Shown here: positions 1-9,716 of the stretch, in pieces
Layout of the letters: each line of letters begins with the position of its first letter
How positions within the stretch are numbered: position 1 is the first letter of the stretch
Assembly: GCA_938030585.1 (NCBI GenBank)
Contig: CALHIA010000092.1
Span: 1 to 38,161, forward strand
DNA: 38,161 nucleotides
Direction: 5' to 3'
Source of the DNA: an uncultured Candidatus Saccharibacteria bacterium
Lineage (GTDB): Bacteria; Patescibacteriota; Saccharimonadia; Saccharimonadales; Saccharimonadaceae
Notes under the pieces: model-generated
Database searches by the model: none
What the model was told of the DNA's origin: nothing
What the model saw: the letters and a program-made list of their open reading frames with translations, nothing else
Position numbers and translations under genes: made by a program

Positions 1-33
1 TTTGCGCGAAGATTCACGTTTAAGTCTACGCAT
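1..33 (-). CDS. Possible 5' end of a gene running off the window (MRRLKRESSRK...)
   Basis: ATG at 33 is open to the window edge. AAGGAG lies 14 nt upstream and a TGA-TAAAAT extended -10 at 127-119. Only 11 codons are visible. Confidence 0.3.
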   Translation of the reverse strand, partial: MRRLKRESSRK

Positions 34-253
34 ATTTACGAATGCATCTCCTTAATAATCATTGCACACGACCTAGCCCCCACCAGCCACCGAGTGACTA
101 AAAAGTGCAATAGACATTATTTTATCAAATATTTTATTTTTGGCAAATTTTAGGCATTGACAAGCACTTTGAAGACGCTTATGGCTATTGACAAATATAG
201 CTAAATTATTGTTTTATATTTATTTTCTGGATTAAATATGATATAAATTAGGC

Positions 254-1714
254 ATGGATGAGATTAACCTCGGAGAAATGTTTGCCTATTTTAAGGCTAA
301 GCTCCATATTCTACTGATAATTTTTGCCCTAATTTTTGGATTAGGATCTTTTTATGTATTTTTCATGCAAAAACCAAAATACGAAGCAACTGCTACGGTG
401 ATTGTAAGCTCAGATAAATCAAATGCGAATCTGCCGGGTGAAGTTGCAACCAATAAAAACCTGATTGATACTTACACGCAAGTAGTTAAATCACATCGCG
501 TGCTTGATAAAGTTAAAAGTGATATTAACATCGAAAAGTCCTATGATGAAATGCTAAAAATGATCGATGTTTCTGCGATTAAAGGTACAGAAATTATTAA
601 TATCACTACGACCGATCGCGATGCCGAGTTTGCCACAAAAATGACCAATAAAATTGCAGATCATTTCGTAAAGGAAATCGCCAAGATTTATAACGACCGC
701 AATATTAATGTGCTCGACTCAGCAGTCACCCCGACTGAACCGGCTAATATTAAGATTGTGCGCCAAGAAATTATAGCTTTTGCGGCAGGTCTAATCGTCA
801 GTGTTTCAATTCTCTTCTTAGTATTTTATTTTGACCGCTCAGTGAAGACGAGCGAACAAGTCGAAAGTCAGTTGCATTTGCCAGTAATTGGTAAAATCCA
901 CATGATTGATGCGGAAAAAGAACGTCTGAAACGCCGTCAGCGCGCCTTAGCTTTGAAGGCGAAGAAGGAAGCCAAAGAAGATGACTCGGCAGAAAATGCA
1001 GAAGATAACGAGGAAACTTTCGAAGAAATTTCTGAAGAAGATTTAAGTAGTGAATTAATTTTGAAAAATAATCCAAAATCTATTATCAGTGAAGATTTCC
1101 GTACCGTACGTACCAGCCTGGATTTTAGCTTAGTTGGCAAAAACAATAATTCCCTCGTACTAACCAGTACCGCACCAAATGAAGGTAAAAGTTTCGTTTC
1201 CGCGAACCTGGCAATCGCTTTTGCTAATACTGGTAAAAAAGTACTTTTAGTCGATGCCGACATGCGCCTGGGTCGTCAACACGAAATTTTCGAGCTCTCT
1301 AACCAAGCTGGCCTCTCGAATCTACTAGTCGAAACCGCCGGCGACCGTCTACGTAAATACGTTCAGAAGACAGATATCGAAAATCTTTCCGTAGTCACTC
1401 GTGGTGTAACCCCACCGAACCCAGCAGAGCTAATCGACTCGAAGCAGATGGAAAAATTCATTGCCACAGTAAAATCAAAATATGATTATGTCATTATCGA
1501 CTCGGCTCCGGTCTATAACTTGGCTGACTCTCTAATTATCTCCAAGAAGGCCGATCGTACCATGATTGTTTGCCGTGTAAACAAAACTAATATCGATCAC
1601 GTAAAAGATGGCTTGAAATCTCTCCAAGCAATCGATGCCAATGTGGCCGGCGTGATTCTCAACCAAATCCCTCTAGAAAAACGTACGGGATATTATAATC
1701 AATATTATCTATAA
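254..1714 (+). CDS. Fused polysaccharide co-polymerase (Wzz/CpsC-like) and bacterial tyrosine kinase (CpsD/Wzc-like)
   Basis: Two TM segments flank a Wzz-like loop. Walker A TSTAPNEGKS, A' LLVDADMR, B VIIDSAP, and C-terminal Tyr cluster GYYNQYYL. Confidence 0.93.
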   Translation: MDEINLGEMFAYFKAKLHILLIIFALIFGLGSFYVFFMQKPKYEATATVIVSSDKSNANLPGEVATNKNLIDTYTQVVKSHRVLDKVKSDINIEKSYDEMLKMIDVSAIKGTEIINITTTDRDAEFATKMTNKIADHFVKEIAKIYNDRNINVLDSAVTPTEPANIKIVRQEIIAFAAGLIVSVSILFLVFYFDRSVKTSEQVESQLHLPVIGKIHMIDAEKERLKRRQRALALKAKKEAKEDDSAENAEDNEETFEEISEEDLSSELILKNNPKSIISEDFRTVRTSLDFSLVGKNNNSLVLTSTAPNEGKSFVSANLAIAFANTGKKVLLVDADMRLGRQHEIFELSNQAGLSNLLVETAGDRLRKYVQKTDIENLSVVTRGVTPPNPAELIDSKQMEKFIATVKSKYDYVIIDSAPVYNLADSLIISKKADRTMIVCRVNKTNIDHVKDGLKSLQAIDANVAGVILNQIPLEKRTGYYNQYYL

Positions 1715-1734
1715 ATATAAAACCAGGAGGTGGC

Positions 1735-2484
1735 ATGATTGACACGCATCTGCATATTTTGCCAGGAATCGATGACGGCAGTCGTGATTTTTCGGAAAGT
1801 ATTGCGATGGCCAAAAAACTTGTCGCGCTCGGATTCACCGGTGGCTTTACTACTTCCCACTTTATTCCGAATAGTGATCAGCTCGCGGATAATAAAACCA
1901 AGGCGCGTCTGCGTAAAGAATTACAAGCACAACTAGATGAGTTGAGGATTCAATTCAAACTTTACCCTGGTAATGAAATTTATGTGGATCCAGAAATGGT
2001 GAAATATATGCAAGAAGATCAGGTATCACTACTGGGTGAAACCACTAAACTAAGCGTAGATGCAGCGAAAAATAAAAAGAAGAAACATTATGTGCTTTTC
2101 GAAGTACCATTTATGACTGAGGTAGGATATCTACGTGAAGTAATTTTTGAAATGAAGAGTCAAAATATTGTACCAATTTTAGCGCATCCGGAACGTTATG
2201 AGTTCTTACAAAAGAAACCGGAAAAAGCCTTGGAACTTCGTAAAATTGGCGTAAAATTACAGTGTAACATTGGTAGTATGACTAGACAATACGGTCCGAA
2301 GCCAGCCAAAACTATGAAATATTTCCTAAAACACGGCCTAGTGGATTTTCTCGGGACCGACGCGCACCATGCAGATGGAAGCGTGTTTGAAAAATACGAG
2401 AAGGCTTGCAAAAAAATTAGTAAGATTATTAGTGAGGAAGGCTTGAAGAAATTACAAGAAAACAGCCTCTCGATCAACCATTAA
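1735..2484 (+). CDS. PHP-family protein-tyrosine phosphatase (CpsB/CapC-like)
   Basis: MIDTHLHILPGIDDG, TSH, PGNEI, AHPERY and GTDAHH motifs. AGGAGG RBS. Directly follows the BY-kinase. Confidence 0.93.
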   Translation: MIDTHLHILPGIDDGSRDFSESIAMAKKLVALGFTGGFTTSHFIPNSDQLADNKTKARLRKELQAQLDELRIQFKLYPGNEIYVDPEMVKYMQEDQVSLLGETTKLSVDAAKNKKKKHYVLFEVPFMTEVGYLREVIFEMKSQNIVPILAHPERYEFLQKKPEKALELRKIGVKLQCNIGSMTRQYGPKPAKTMKYFLKHGLVDFLGTDAHHADGSVFEKYEKACKKISKIISEEGLKKLQENSLSINH

Positions 2485-2512
2485 AATAACTTCCCGCAGG
2501 AAGTTATTTTTT
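2483..2512. terminator. Bidirectional intrinsic terminator
   Basis: aaaataacttcc-cgca-ggaagttatttt hairpin between convergent genes. Confidence 0.85.
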
Positions 2513-2548
2513 AAGCTTAGTTCTAAATGTGGACTAAATTCTTTGGTT

Positions 2549-3271
2549 TTAGAAGAGTGATCCGGTGCCACGAATTTCACTTTGAAGATTCAAGTACTTA
2601 CGATAAATTGCTTGATGTTCTTGAACTGCCTTAGTATAAGCTGCGTCTTCAAAAGGTAGAATCACAAAGTAAAGTGGAGAATTCTTCCCACCACAAATTT
2701 CTTTCGTGTCACCATAAGCAAGAGTACTTGGAATATGTAGTTCGCGAACTCCGCCGAGTTTGGCGCCGACTAGACCATCTGACCAACCGGTAATTAAGCT
2801 GCCAGAACCAGTAACATCAAGTGGGTCCTTCAAGGATTTTGGATTATTATTGTCATCGAAGGAAGAATCAAAAACTGATTCATCAGAACACCAACCGAAA
2901 TAATAGGCAAGATATTTACTCTCTTTTTCAAGAGTAGCGCCAGTACCAACGGTGAGGTCGATAGATTTTAAGCCATCATTTTGAGCACGGGAAACATTGT
3001 AGGACTTAATATTACTACGAGCGGATTTCATGGTCTCAAAGTACTTATCATTGAGCGCTTTCACCGCATTATCTTTATCTTTTTTCTTCTCGTCTAGCTC
3101 CTTAGCCAGAACCTTAAGCTCAGCGTTTTGCTCAGCTGTACCTTTTTTACTCTTTTCGCCATTCAAGACAATCAAGGCATAAACCATAATTGTCGAAACG
3201 AAGAGTAAGACTGCAATAAAACCGATAATAATGCGTTGTTTAGTGCTTGTACGTAAACTTTTTTCGTCCAT
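2549..3271 (-). CDS. Membrane-anchored FKBP-type peptidyl-prolyl cis-trans isomerase
   Basis: N-terminal TM and coiled coil, then DLTVGTG, VFDSS, LITGWSDGL and GGVRELHIPSTLAYG FKBP motifs. Confidence 0.88.
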   Translation of the reverse strand: MDEKSLRTSTKQRIIIGFIAVLLFVSTIMVYALIVLNGEKSKKGTAEQNAELKVLAKELDEKKKDKDNAVKALNDKYFETMKSARSNIKSYNVSRAQNDGLKSIDLTVGTGATLEKESKYLAYYFGWCSDESVFDSSFDDNNNPKSLKDPLDVTGSGSLITGWSDGLVGAKLGGVRELHIPSTLAYGDTKEICGGKNSPLYFVILPFEDAAYTKAVQEHQAIYRKYLNLQSEIRGTGSLF

Positions 3272-3279
3272 ATTGTTAC

Positions 3280-5745
3280 CTAAATAATTTCTCCACCAAT
3301 TTTTTCTAATGATTTGCTAATACTGTTCATTATAGCAGAGATTTCCTCAGAAAGTAGGGTCTTCTCAGTGGAGGCAAAGTTCAAATGGAAGCTAAGATTT
3401 TTCGTATCAGCACTTTCGGCTTGATAGATCGAGGTAGCCGTGAGGTGAAAGATTAGGGATGGTTGGGCCTTCAAAACCTCGAGAATAGCATTTTCGACCA
3501 AAGCAAAAGGTTTTTCTTCCGAAATCTTGACCGTAAGATCACGATTAACCGCTGGGAAGCGACTAAATTCCTTGATACGTTTATCAGAGGATTTTTGACC
3601 AAGGAGGGACTCAAGGTCTAATTCTAGGCTAGAAACCTCTTTGAGCTTCAGAGCGGTTTTGATGGAATTCTTTAACTCACCGAGGCAACCAATTTGCGTG
3701 CCAGAAAGAAGAATTTTAGCGGCGCGTTTTGGCTCGAAATAACCCGAAGCTTCACCGTCGGTAAAGGCTTGGATTTCAAAATTCAGACCGAGCTTGTCGG
3801 CGAGATTTTCTAAGATTTGCTTAGAATAATAATAGTCCGCAGTGGAAACTACCGCCAGGTGATGTTGCATTTTCGGGGTTTGATCGGAAATTAAGCCGAG
3901 AGATTTTCTAGTAACCTGATTCATTTCATAAAGTGAAAAATCGGCAAAACCGGCTTTTTGGTTTTCACGAACTTTTTCAAGTAGGCTTGGAGTAATGGAA
4001 GTACGGAAGAGCTGTAGTTCTGGTGAAATAGAATTAGTAATTTCATAAGCATCCTCAGTATTTTCACCGACGCGTTCGAGTAATTTCTTGGAAATGAAGC
4101 TGTAAGTTAGAACCTCATTGAATCCGAGTTCAAGCGAAAGGAGATTACGCAAGGTGGTTTTTAGTTCAAACATGGCATTCTTTTTGGCGCCAACGAATGG
4201 ACGAACTGGCAAGCTGAGTGGCAAATTATCAAAACCGAGCAGACGACCAACCTCTTCGATGACGTCCTCTTTAATATGAATATCAGTACGCCAGAGTGGA
4301 GCAGTAACGAGGAGTTTTTCAGAGTCGGGAACCACCTTGAAGCCGACATTTTCAAGAGTTTGAATCATCAAAGCTTCATCGTAGTGTGAGCCGAGAAGTT
4401 GATTAATCTCAGAAACTTTCACTGCTACCTGAATCTCAGATAAATCCTGCTTCAGAGAGTCAGTAAAATGAAGTTCAGCACCTGACTTCACACCAAGCTT
4501 AGTTAGACAATCTTTGATGGCGGGAATAGTATTGACGACTGGCTGCCCCTTGGTAAAGCGAGTGATTGCTTCCGAAAAAATACCGTGAGCCATCTGAGTC
4601 TTACGTAAATTATAGAGGCTAAAAGTAGCAGATTCGAGCAAGATGCGTGTGGTCGAGGTGTCGATTTTAGTCGATTCCCCGCCCATGGCACCCGCCAGGG
4701 CTACTGGAATATCATTCGAAGTAATCACGATATCATTAGAATTTAGTTCAATAGTTTTACCATCGAGTAAAATCAACTTTTCACCAGGATGCGCAGCACG
4801 CACGATGATTTTCGCGTAGTCTAGACCGCCAATTTTGACAAATTTATCATAATCAAAAGCATGAAGCGGCTGACCTAGCTCTAACATAGTGAGATTCGTG
4901 GCATCGACAATGGGATTAACTGAATTAATACCAGACTTAGCGAGCAAAACCGAATCCTCTGTCATATTATATAGGTCAGAAAACTCTGGCGTGACAGGCT
5001 GACTCAGATTTAAATCCTTTACCTCTACTAAACAAGCCGAATAGCGTGGGCAAAGTTTTTGGTCGGCAATTTCAATCGAGATTTCGTTGCTTATTTTATC
5101 TATAGCCTGATTAAAGCTCACTGGTTCAGAGAATTTTTGGCCAAGAATACCAGAAACCTCACGGGCAAAACCAATCAAACCAAAAGTATCTGGGCGATGA
5201 GTGAGCGATTTGTTTTCGATATCGAGAATTTTATCATTTAAGTCAAAAACTTCTACCAGAGTCTGACCTGGACGACCCAGTTCAGAGTCTATTTCTGCAA
5301 TGTAATTATGATCAGAAGAAAGCCCAAGCTCATCTGGTCCGGCTAACATGCCGAAACTTTCATAACCGCGCAACTTACGAGCGCCAAGCACGAAATTTTC
5401 ACCACCAAAAGTATCTGGCACGATACTACCTGGAGTGAGCCAGACAGCGATAATGCCAGCACGCACATTTGGTGCACCACAGACGATTTGCACAAGACCA
5501 GAATCCAGAGTAGAAAATTTCTGATTGAGTTCTGGACCGGCATCGATTTGACAGAGGTGTAGGTGAGTATCTGGAATGTCTTCACAAGTTACCACCTTAG
5601 CGAGATAAGCGCCACGATATTTTTCAGCCATATCCATCACGCCTTCGACTTCGACGAGACGTGAACCGATTAGTTTTACTAATTCCTCATCGGAAACTGG
5701 GATGGAGCCGACATATTGTTTGATTTTATTAAGTGAAATAAGCAT
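3280..5745 (-). CDS. pheT: Phenylalanine-tRNA ligase beta subunit
   Basis: QIVCGAPN, RGYESFGM, GQPLHAFD, WRTDIHIKEDVIEEVGRLLG and FPAVNRDL motifs. Coupled to pheS. Confidence 0.97.
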   Translation of the reverse strand: MLISLNKIKQYVGSIPVSDEELVKLIGSRLVEVEGVMDMAEKYRGAYLAKVVTCEDIPDTHLHLCQIDAGPELNQKFSTLDSGLVQIVCGAPNVRAGIIAVWLTPGSIVPDTFGGENFVLGARKLRGYESFGMLAGPDELGLSSDHNYIAEIDSELGRPGQTLVEVFDLNDKILDIENKSLTHRPDTFGLIGFAREVSGILGQKFSEPVSFNQAIDKISNEISIEIADQKLCPRYSACLVEVKDLNLSQPVTPEFSDLYNMTEDSVLLAKSGINSVNPIVDATNLTMLELGQPLHAFDYDKFVKIGGLDYAKIIVRAAHPGEKLILLDGKTIELNSNDIVITSNDIPVALAGAMGGESTKIDTSTTRILLESATFSLYNLRKTQMAHGIFSEAITRFTKGQPVVNTIPAIKDCLTKLGVKSGAELHFTDSLKQDLSEIQVAVKVSEINQLLGSHYDEALMIQTLENVGFKVVPDSEKLLVTAPLWRTDIHIKEDVIEEVGRLLGFDNLPLSLPVRPFVGAKKNAMFELKTTLRNLLSLELGFNEVLTYSFISKKLLERVGENTEDAYEITNSISPELQLFRTSITPSLLEKVRENQKAGFADFSLYEMNQVTRKSLGLISDQTPKMQHHLAVVSTADYYYSKQILENLADKLGLNFEIQAFTDGEASGYFEPKRAAKILLSGTQIGCLGELKNSIKTALKLKEVSSLELDLESLLGQKSSDKRIKEFSRFPAVNRDLTVKISEEKPFALVENAILEVLKAQPSLIFHLTATSIYQAESADTKNLSFHLNFASTEKTLLSEEISAIMNSISKSLEKIGGEII

Positions 5746-6689
5746 TAAAATTCCTCCAAAAATTCAAGTTTGGCTGATTCAAAGAAACGAATATCGTTGA
5801 GATGGTATTTCATAATGACCAAACGATCAATACCACCGCCCCAAGCAAAGCCGTGATAGACTTCTGGATCGATACCGGCAGCTTTTAAGACATTCGGATG
5901 AATCATGCCACAGCCCATAAGTTCGAGCCAGCCGTCGCCCTTACCACCGAGAGAAGCTGGTTTTTCAACTAATAGCTCAAGCGAAGGTTCGGTGAATGGG
6001 AAGAAACCAGGCTGAGTTTTAATACGCAATTTTTCACCATAATAAGTTTCAAAGAAGTTTTTTAAGACGCCGAGCATTTCGGACATATTGGCGGTTTTGG
6101 AAACAAAAACACCCTCACATTGATAAAAAGTATGTTCATGAGTAGCATCCACATCTTCATTACGGAAGACGCGACCTGGAATCACCACAGCGATTTGGCC
6201 ATCTTTTTTTAGGTTATCTAACCGCGAAGTGAGCACACGGTATTGCATGGTGGAAGTATGAGCAGGCGGAATAAAGCCTTCTTTGGTGCGAAAAGTATCA
6301 TAACCATCGCGGGCTGGGTGACCTTCTGGGAAGTTCAAGGATTCGAACATATGAAATTCATCGTCGAGCTGAGTAGATTCCATCACTTCGAAACCCATAC
6401 GGGAATAAATATCAATCACGCGGTCGAGTTCAATCATCAAAGGATGTCGACTGCCGCGATGAAAAGTAATACTCGATTGATTAATATCGAATGGGGCAGT
6501 CAAATCAATCGCTTTCACGGCGGTATTTTGCTTGGCGGCTTCGAGAGCCTTAATTTGTTCGATAACGGCCTGCTTTTTTTGATTCAAAGCTTGACCAAAA
6601 GCCTTACGCTCTTCGGGAGCCAAGGTCTTCATTTTTGCGTATTCTTCGCCGAGAGATTTAAGTTCGGCTTTTAGCTGTTCCAATTCCAT
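5745..6689 (-). CDS. pheS: Phenylalanine-tRNA ligase alpha subunit
   Basis: HPARDGYDTF, HTSTMQ, PGRVFRNE, FFPFTEPS, LMGCGMIHP and GGGIDRL motifs. Confidence 0.97.
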   Translation of the reverse strand: MELEQLKAELKSLGEEYAKMKTLAPEERKAFGQALNQKKQAVIEQIKALEAAKQNTAVKAIDLTAPFDINQSSITFHRGSRHPLMIELDRVIDIYSRMGFEVMESTQLDDEFHMFESLNFPEGHPARDGYDTFRTKEGFIPPAHTSTMQYRVLTSRLDNLKKDGQIAVVIPGRVFRNEDVDATHEHTFYQCEGVFVSKTANMSEMLGVLKNFFETYYGEKLRIKTQPGFFPFTEPSLELLVEKPASLGGKGDGWLELMGCGMIHPNVLKAAGIDPEVYHGFAWGGGIDRLVIMKYHLNDIRFFESAKLEFLEEF

Positions 6690-6742
6690 AACTCCTTCTA
6701 TTATACTCTGTTTTCAGGTGAAGTTGAAGACGAATTGGGAAT

Positions 6743-6768
6743 AAAAAATCGCGCCAATTCGACGCGAT
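6743..6768 (-). terminator. Intrinsic terminator
   Basis: atcgcg...cgcgat stem followed by a T-run on the minus strand. Confidence 0.6.
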
Positions 6769-6780
6769 CAATGCAGAGTT

Positions 6781-7008
6781 TTAGAAGAATTTAATGAAGA
6801 TTAAAGAAATCACTGCGAGGATGATTAATACCGGCCAAAACCAACCAAATTTACTAGTAGTTTTAAGGTCTTTAGCATAATCAGAATCTTCCACCAAGTC
6901 AGGATCGCTCATTTTAGCTTGCATCCTGGCACGATTTCGAAGGTCTGCGGTAATTCTTTGAGTGAGATCTGCATTTTTATCTTGATCTTTTTGTACAATT
7001 ACGCCCAT
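6781..7008 (-). CDS. Small hypothetical protein with C-terminal TM anchor (75 aa)
   Basis: Start moved to ATG 7008 (GAAAGGA RBS upstream). Hydrophilic body and hydrophobic C-terminal helix. Confidence 0.7.
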   Translation of the reverse strand: MGVIVQKDQDKNADLTQRITADLRNRARMQAKMSDPDLVEDSDYAKDLKTTSKFGWFWPVLIILAVISLIFIKFF

Positions 7009-7083
7009 CTTTTCCTTTCGATATACATTACCATAGTTTATCATATTATGATATAATTTTTTTAATATTATTAAGGAGGTAAA

Positions 7084-8097
7084 ATGGCAAAAAAGACTAA
7101 AAAGTCTGCACACAAGCCAAAAACGACTGTGAATACACCAGAGGTAACCGAAATTAAAGAAGAGGTTATCGAGGTCGTCGAAAAAGTTGTCGACGATAGC
7201 AAAAAAGCGACTGAGAAGGCTGAAAAGAAAATGACAAAAGAAGTCCTCAAAGTAGAAAAGAAAATTAAGGAAAGCAAAAATCCATTCAAGGGTTTCTTCG
7301 CTCGCAAGTATCCTGAAGGTGAGAATATTTTAACAATTTTCGAAACTCCACGTATTTGGGGTGCAGTAATCGGTGAAGTAATCGGAACTATGTTCCTTTC
7401 AATGCTTCTACTCACTCTTGGAATCCAACAACCACTTTATATCTTGTTCGGTTTCCTTGCGATTACCTTGGCAGTTTTCGCCTATTCAGGTGCTCATCTT
7501 AACCCAGCCACCACAATCGGCATGATGGCAACTCGCCGTGTTTCTGCAATTCGCGGTGTACTTTACATCGTAGCTCAGGTCGTCGGTGCATGGCTTGGTT
7601 TATTGATTATCGGCGGTCTCCGCACGGCTAGCGGCGCCAGCGCTGAACTTCCAGCTCTGACCGCAGCAACCGGCAGTGACTTCTGGAAATACATGTTGAT
7701 CGAATTCGTCGGTGTCTTCACCGTAGCATTCTTCTTCAACCGTGCTCAAGAATACAATCACAAGAAAAGTGCTTTCACCTACGCAGCAATCATCGCTGGT
7801 GGTGTAACTCTCGCAGTTCTCTTCTGCTTGATTCTTTCCGACAGCTTCTTCAAGCTTCGCAATAACTTCATCTTGAACCCAGCTATCGCTATCATGTACC
7901 AAATTTTCCCAACTTCTGCTGAAAAATTTGACGCTTTGATGGGTACCGTAGCTCTCGAATCTTTGGTTCACATTATCACCCCACTCGTAGCAGGTATCCT
8001 TGCCTTCTTCGTGGCTGATGTGACTAAAGCTCTTTCTGATGACTGCGAATGTGATTGCTGTGAAGAAAATCATCACCATCACCACCACGATAAATAA
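7084..8097 (+). CDS. MIP/aquaporin-family channel with charged N-terminal extension and Cys/His-rich tail
   Basis: SGAHLNPA and ILNPA motifs, about 6 TM helices, AAGGAGGT RBS. Confidence 0.9.
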   Translation: MAKKTKKSAHKPKTTVNTPEVTEIKEEVIEVVEKVVDDSKKATEKAEKKMTKEVLKVEKKIKESKNPFKGFFARKYPEGENILTIFETPRIWGAVIGEVIGTMFLSMLLLTLGIQQPLYILFGFLAITLAVFAYSGAHLNPATTIGMMATRRVSAIRGVLYIVAQVVGAWLGLLIIGGLRTASGASAELPALTAATGSDFWKYMLIEFVGVFTVAFFFNRAQEYNHKKSAFTYAAIIAGGVTLAVLFCLILSDSFFKLRNNFILNPAIAIMYQIFPTSAEKFDALMGTVALESLVHIITPLVAGILAFFVADVTKALSDDCECDCCEENHHHHHHDK

Positions 8098-8193
8098 TCA
8101 CTGGTGAATTTATTGATTCTAATAATCCAAAATGTAACTTACTTATTTTTATAGATAAATTTCGGATAGAATTTCTAGCTTTATATTATATAT

Positions 8194-8221
8194 AAAAAAA
8201 TAGCCCATAATAGGCCATTTT
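8194..8221. terminator. Intrinsic terminator (metG, probably bidirectional)
   Basis: Minus strand aaaatggccta-tta-tgggctattttttt, between convergent genes. Confidence 0.7.
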
Positions 8222-8222
8222 G

Positions 8223-9638
8223 CTAGCGTTCCTTTGGAAAAAGTGGAGTAGCTGGTGGAGTGATTTCAGAAGCTGTAAAGATTTCTTCAATTGTAGCGGT
8301 GATTGGCAAAAACGGTTTAAGCATGTGATTTACAACCAGAAGTTCATTCACGAGATTGAGTAAAATTTGTTTAGCGGCTTCTGGATCGGTCTTAGCCACA
8401 GTCCATGGCTTTTGATCTTCGATATGTTTATTAATTAATTGCACCTGACCCCAAGCATAGTCAATGGCAGCGGAGAAATTAAAACCATCCATCAATTCAC
8501 GATATTCTGGCGTAAATTCAATGACCGGCGCATCTGTGAGGCTGACCTGATTCTTTTTACAAAGAGTGGCTAGACGCTGAACGAGATTACCATAATCGTT
8601 TGCAAGTTCATTATTGTAGGCATTTTCAAATTTCTCCCAAGAAAAATCCGAATCCAGGAAGGTATCGATATGGCGAGAGAAGAAATAACGGAAAGCATCA
8701 ACGCCATGTTTATCAAGTACCTCAATCGGATCAACGACGTTACCGATACTCTTACTCATTTTCGCACCATTCGCCAAGATAAAACCATGTGAAAGAAGAG
8801 TCTTCGGAAGAGGCAAGCCGAGGCCAAGTAAAATTGCTGGCCACAAAATAGCGTGAAAGCGCAGAATGTCTTTACCGACGATGCTAACGGTGGCTGGCCA
8901 AAATTCAGAAATATCCTGATCTGGATAACCGAGTACAGTAATATAATTGGTCAAAGCGTCCATCCAGACATACATCACCTGAGAATCGTCGCCTGGCACT
9001 GGAATACCCCAAGAAAGGCGAGACTTTGGACGTGAAATTGAAACATCTGGCGCATCCGCTAGAAGCTTCAAGATTTCATTCTTACGAAATTCTGGTAAAA
9101 TCTGCATCTCACCACTTTCGATTTTGGCACGAATTTCATCTTTAAAATCACTAATACGGAAATAATAATTTGATTCAGAGAGGCGAATATATGGAGTTTG
9201 ATGATCTGGACAAATACCTTGATTTTCGGTATGTTCTTTTTCCGTGACGAAACTTTCACAGCCCTCACAATACCAACCATCATAACTTGCAGTGTAAATA
9301 TGGCTTTTGAGCTTTCGCCAAATTTCCTGCACCCGCTTCATATGTTCTGGGTCAGAAGTACGAATAAAATCTGTGTACTGCACATCGAAACGGGCGATAA
9401 ATTCTTGGAATTTTTTAGCATTGTCGTCAACGTATTTTTGCGTGTCGATACCAAGAGATTTAGCTTTTTTCTCAATTTTATTACCATGCTCATCGGTACC
9501 AGCCTGAAAACGCACCGAGTTACCCAAAAGCTCCTGATAGCGTTTATAGATATCAGCAAGTAAATAATCTTCGGCGTGCCCGATATGTGGCAGACCGTTA
9601 ACATAAGGTATAGCAGTAGTAATATAGATATTTTTCAT
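8223..9638 (-). CDS. metG: Methionine-tRNA ligase (short form)
   Basis: ITTAIPYVN, HIGH, GTDEHG, GKDILRFH and KMSKS motifs. Confidence 0.97.
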   Translation of the reverse strand: MKNIYITTAIPYVNGLPHIGHAEDYLLADIYKRYQELLGNSVRFQAGTDEHGNKIEKKAKSLGIDTQKYVDDNAKKFQEFIARFDVQYTDFIRTSDPEHMKRVQEIWRKLKSHIYTASYDGWYCEGCESFVTEKEHTENQGICPDHQTPYIRLSESNYYFRISDFKDEIRAKIESGEMQILPEFRKNEILKLLADAPDVSISRPKSRLSWGIPVPGDDSQVMYVWMDALTNYITVLGYPDQDISEFWPATVSIVGKDILRFHAILWPAILLGLGLPLPKTLLSHGFILANGAKMSKSIGNVVDPIEVLDKHGVDAFRYFFSRHIDTFLDSDFSWEKFENAYNNELANDYGNLVQRLATLCKKNQVSLTDAPVIEFTPEYRELMDGFNFSAAIDYAWGQVQLINKHIEDQKPWTVAKTDPEAAKQILLNLVNELLVVNHMLKPFLPITATIEEIFTASEITPPATPLFPKER

Positions 9639-9682
9639 AATTTCCTAATAATTATAGCAAAAATCAAGTATTTCCTCAATTC

Positions 9683-9709
9683 AAAAAAAGAGGCCGGGGA
9701 GCCTCTTTT
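9683..9709 (-). terminator. Intrinsic terminator
   Basis: aaaagaggc...gcctctttt stem with a T-run on the minus strand. Confidence 0.75.
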
Positions 9710-9716
9710 GAATCTT

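Noticed and set aside
7035..7057. Palindrome tatcata-t-tatgata as a regulator site
   Set aside because: Explained by back-to-back extended -10 elements of two divergent genes.
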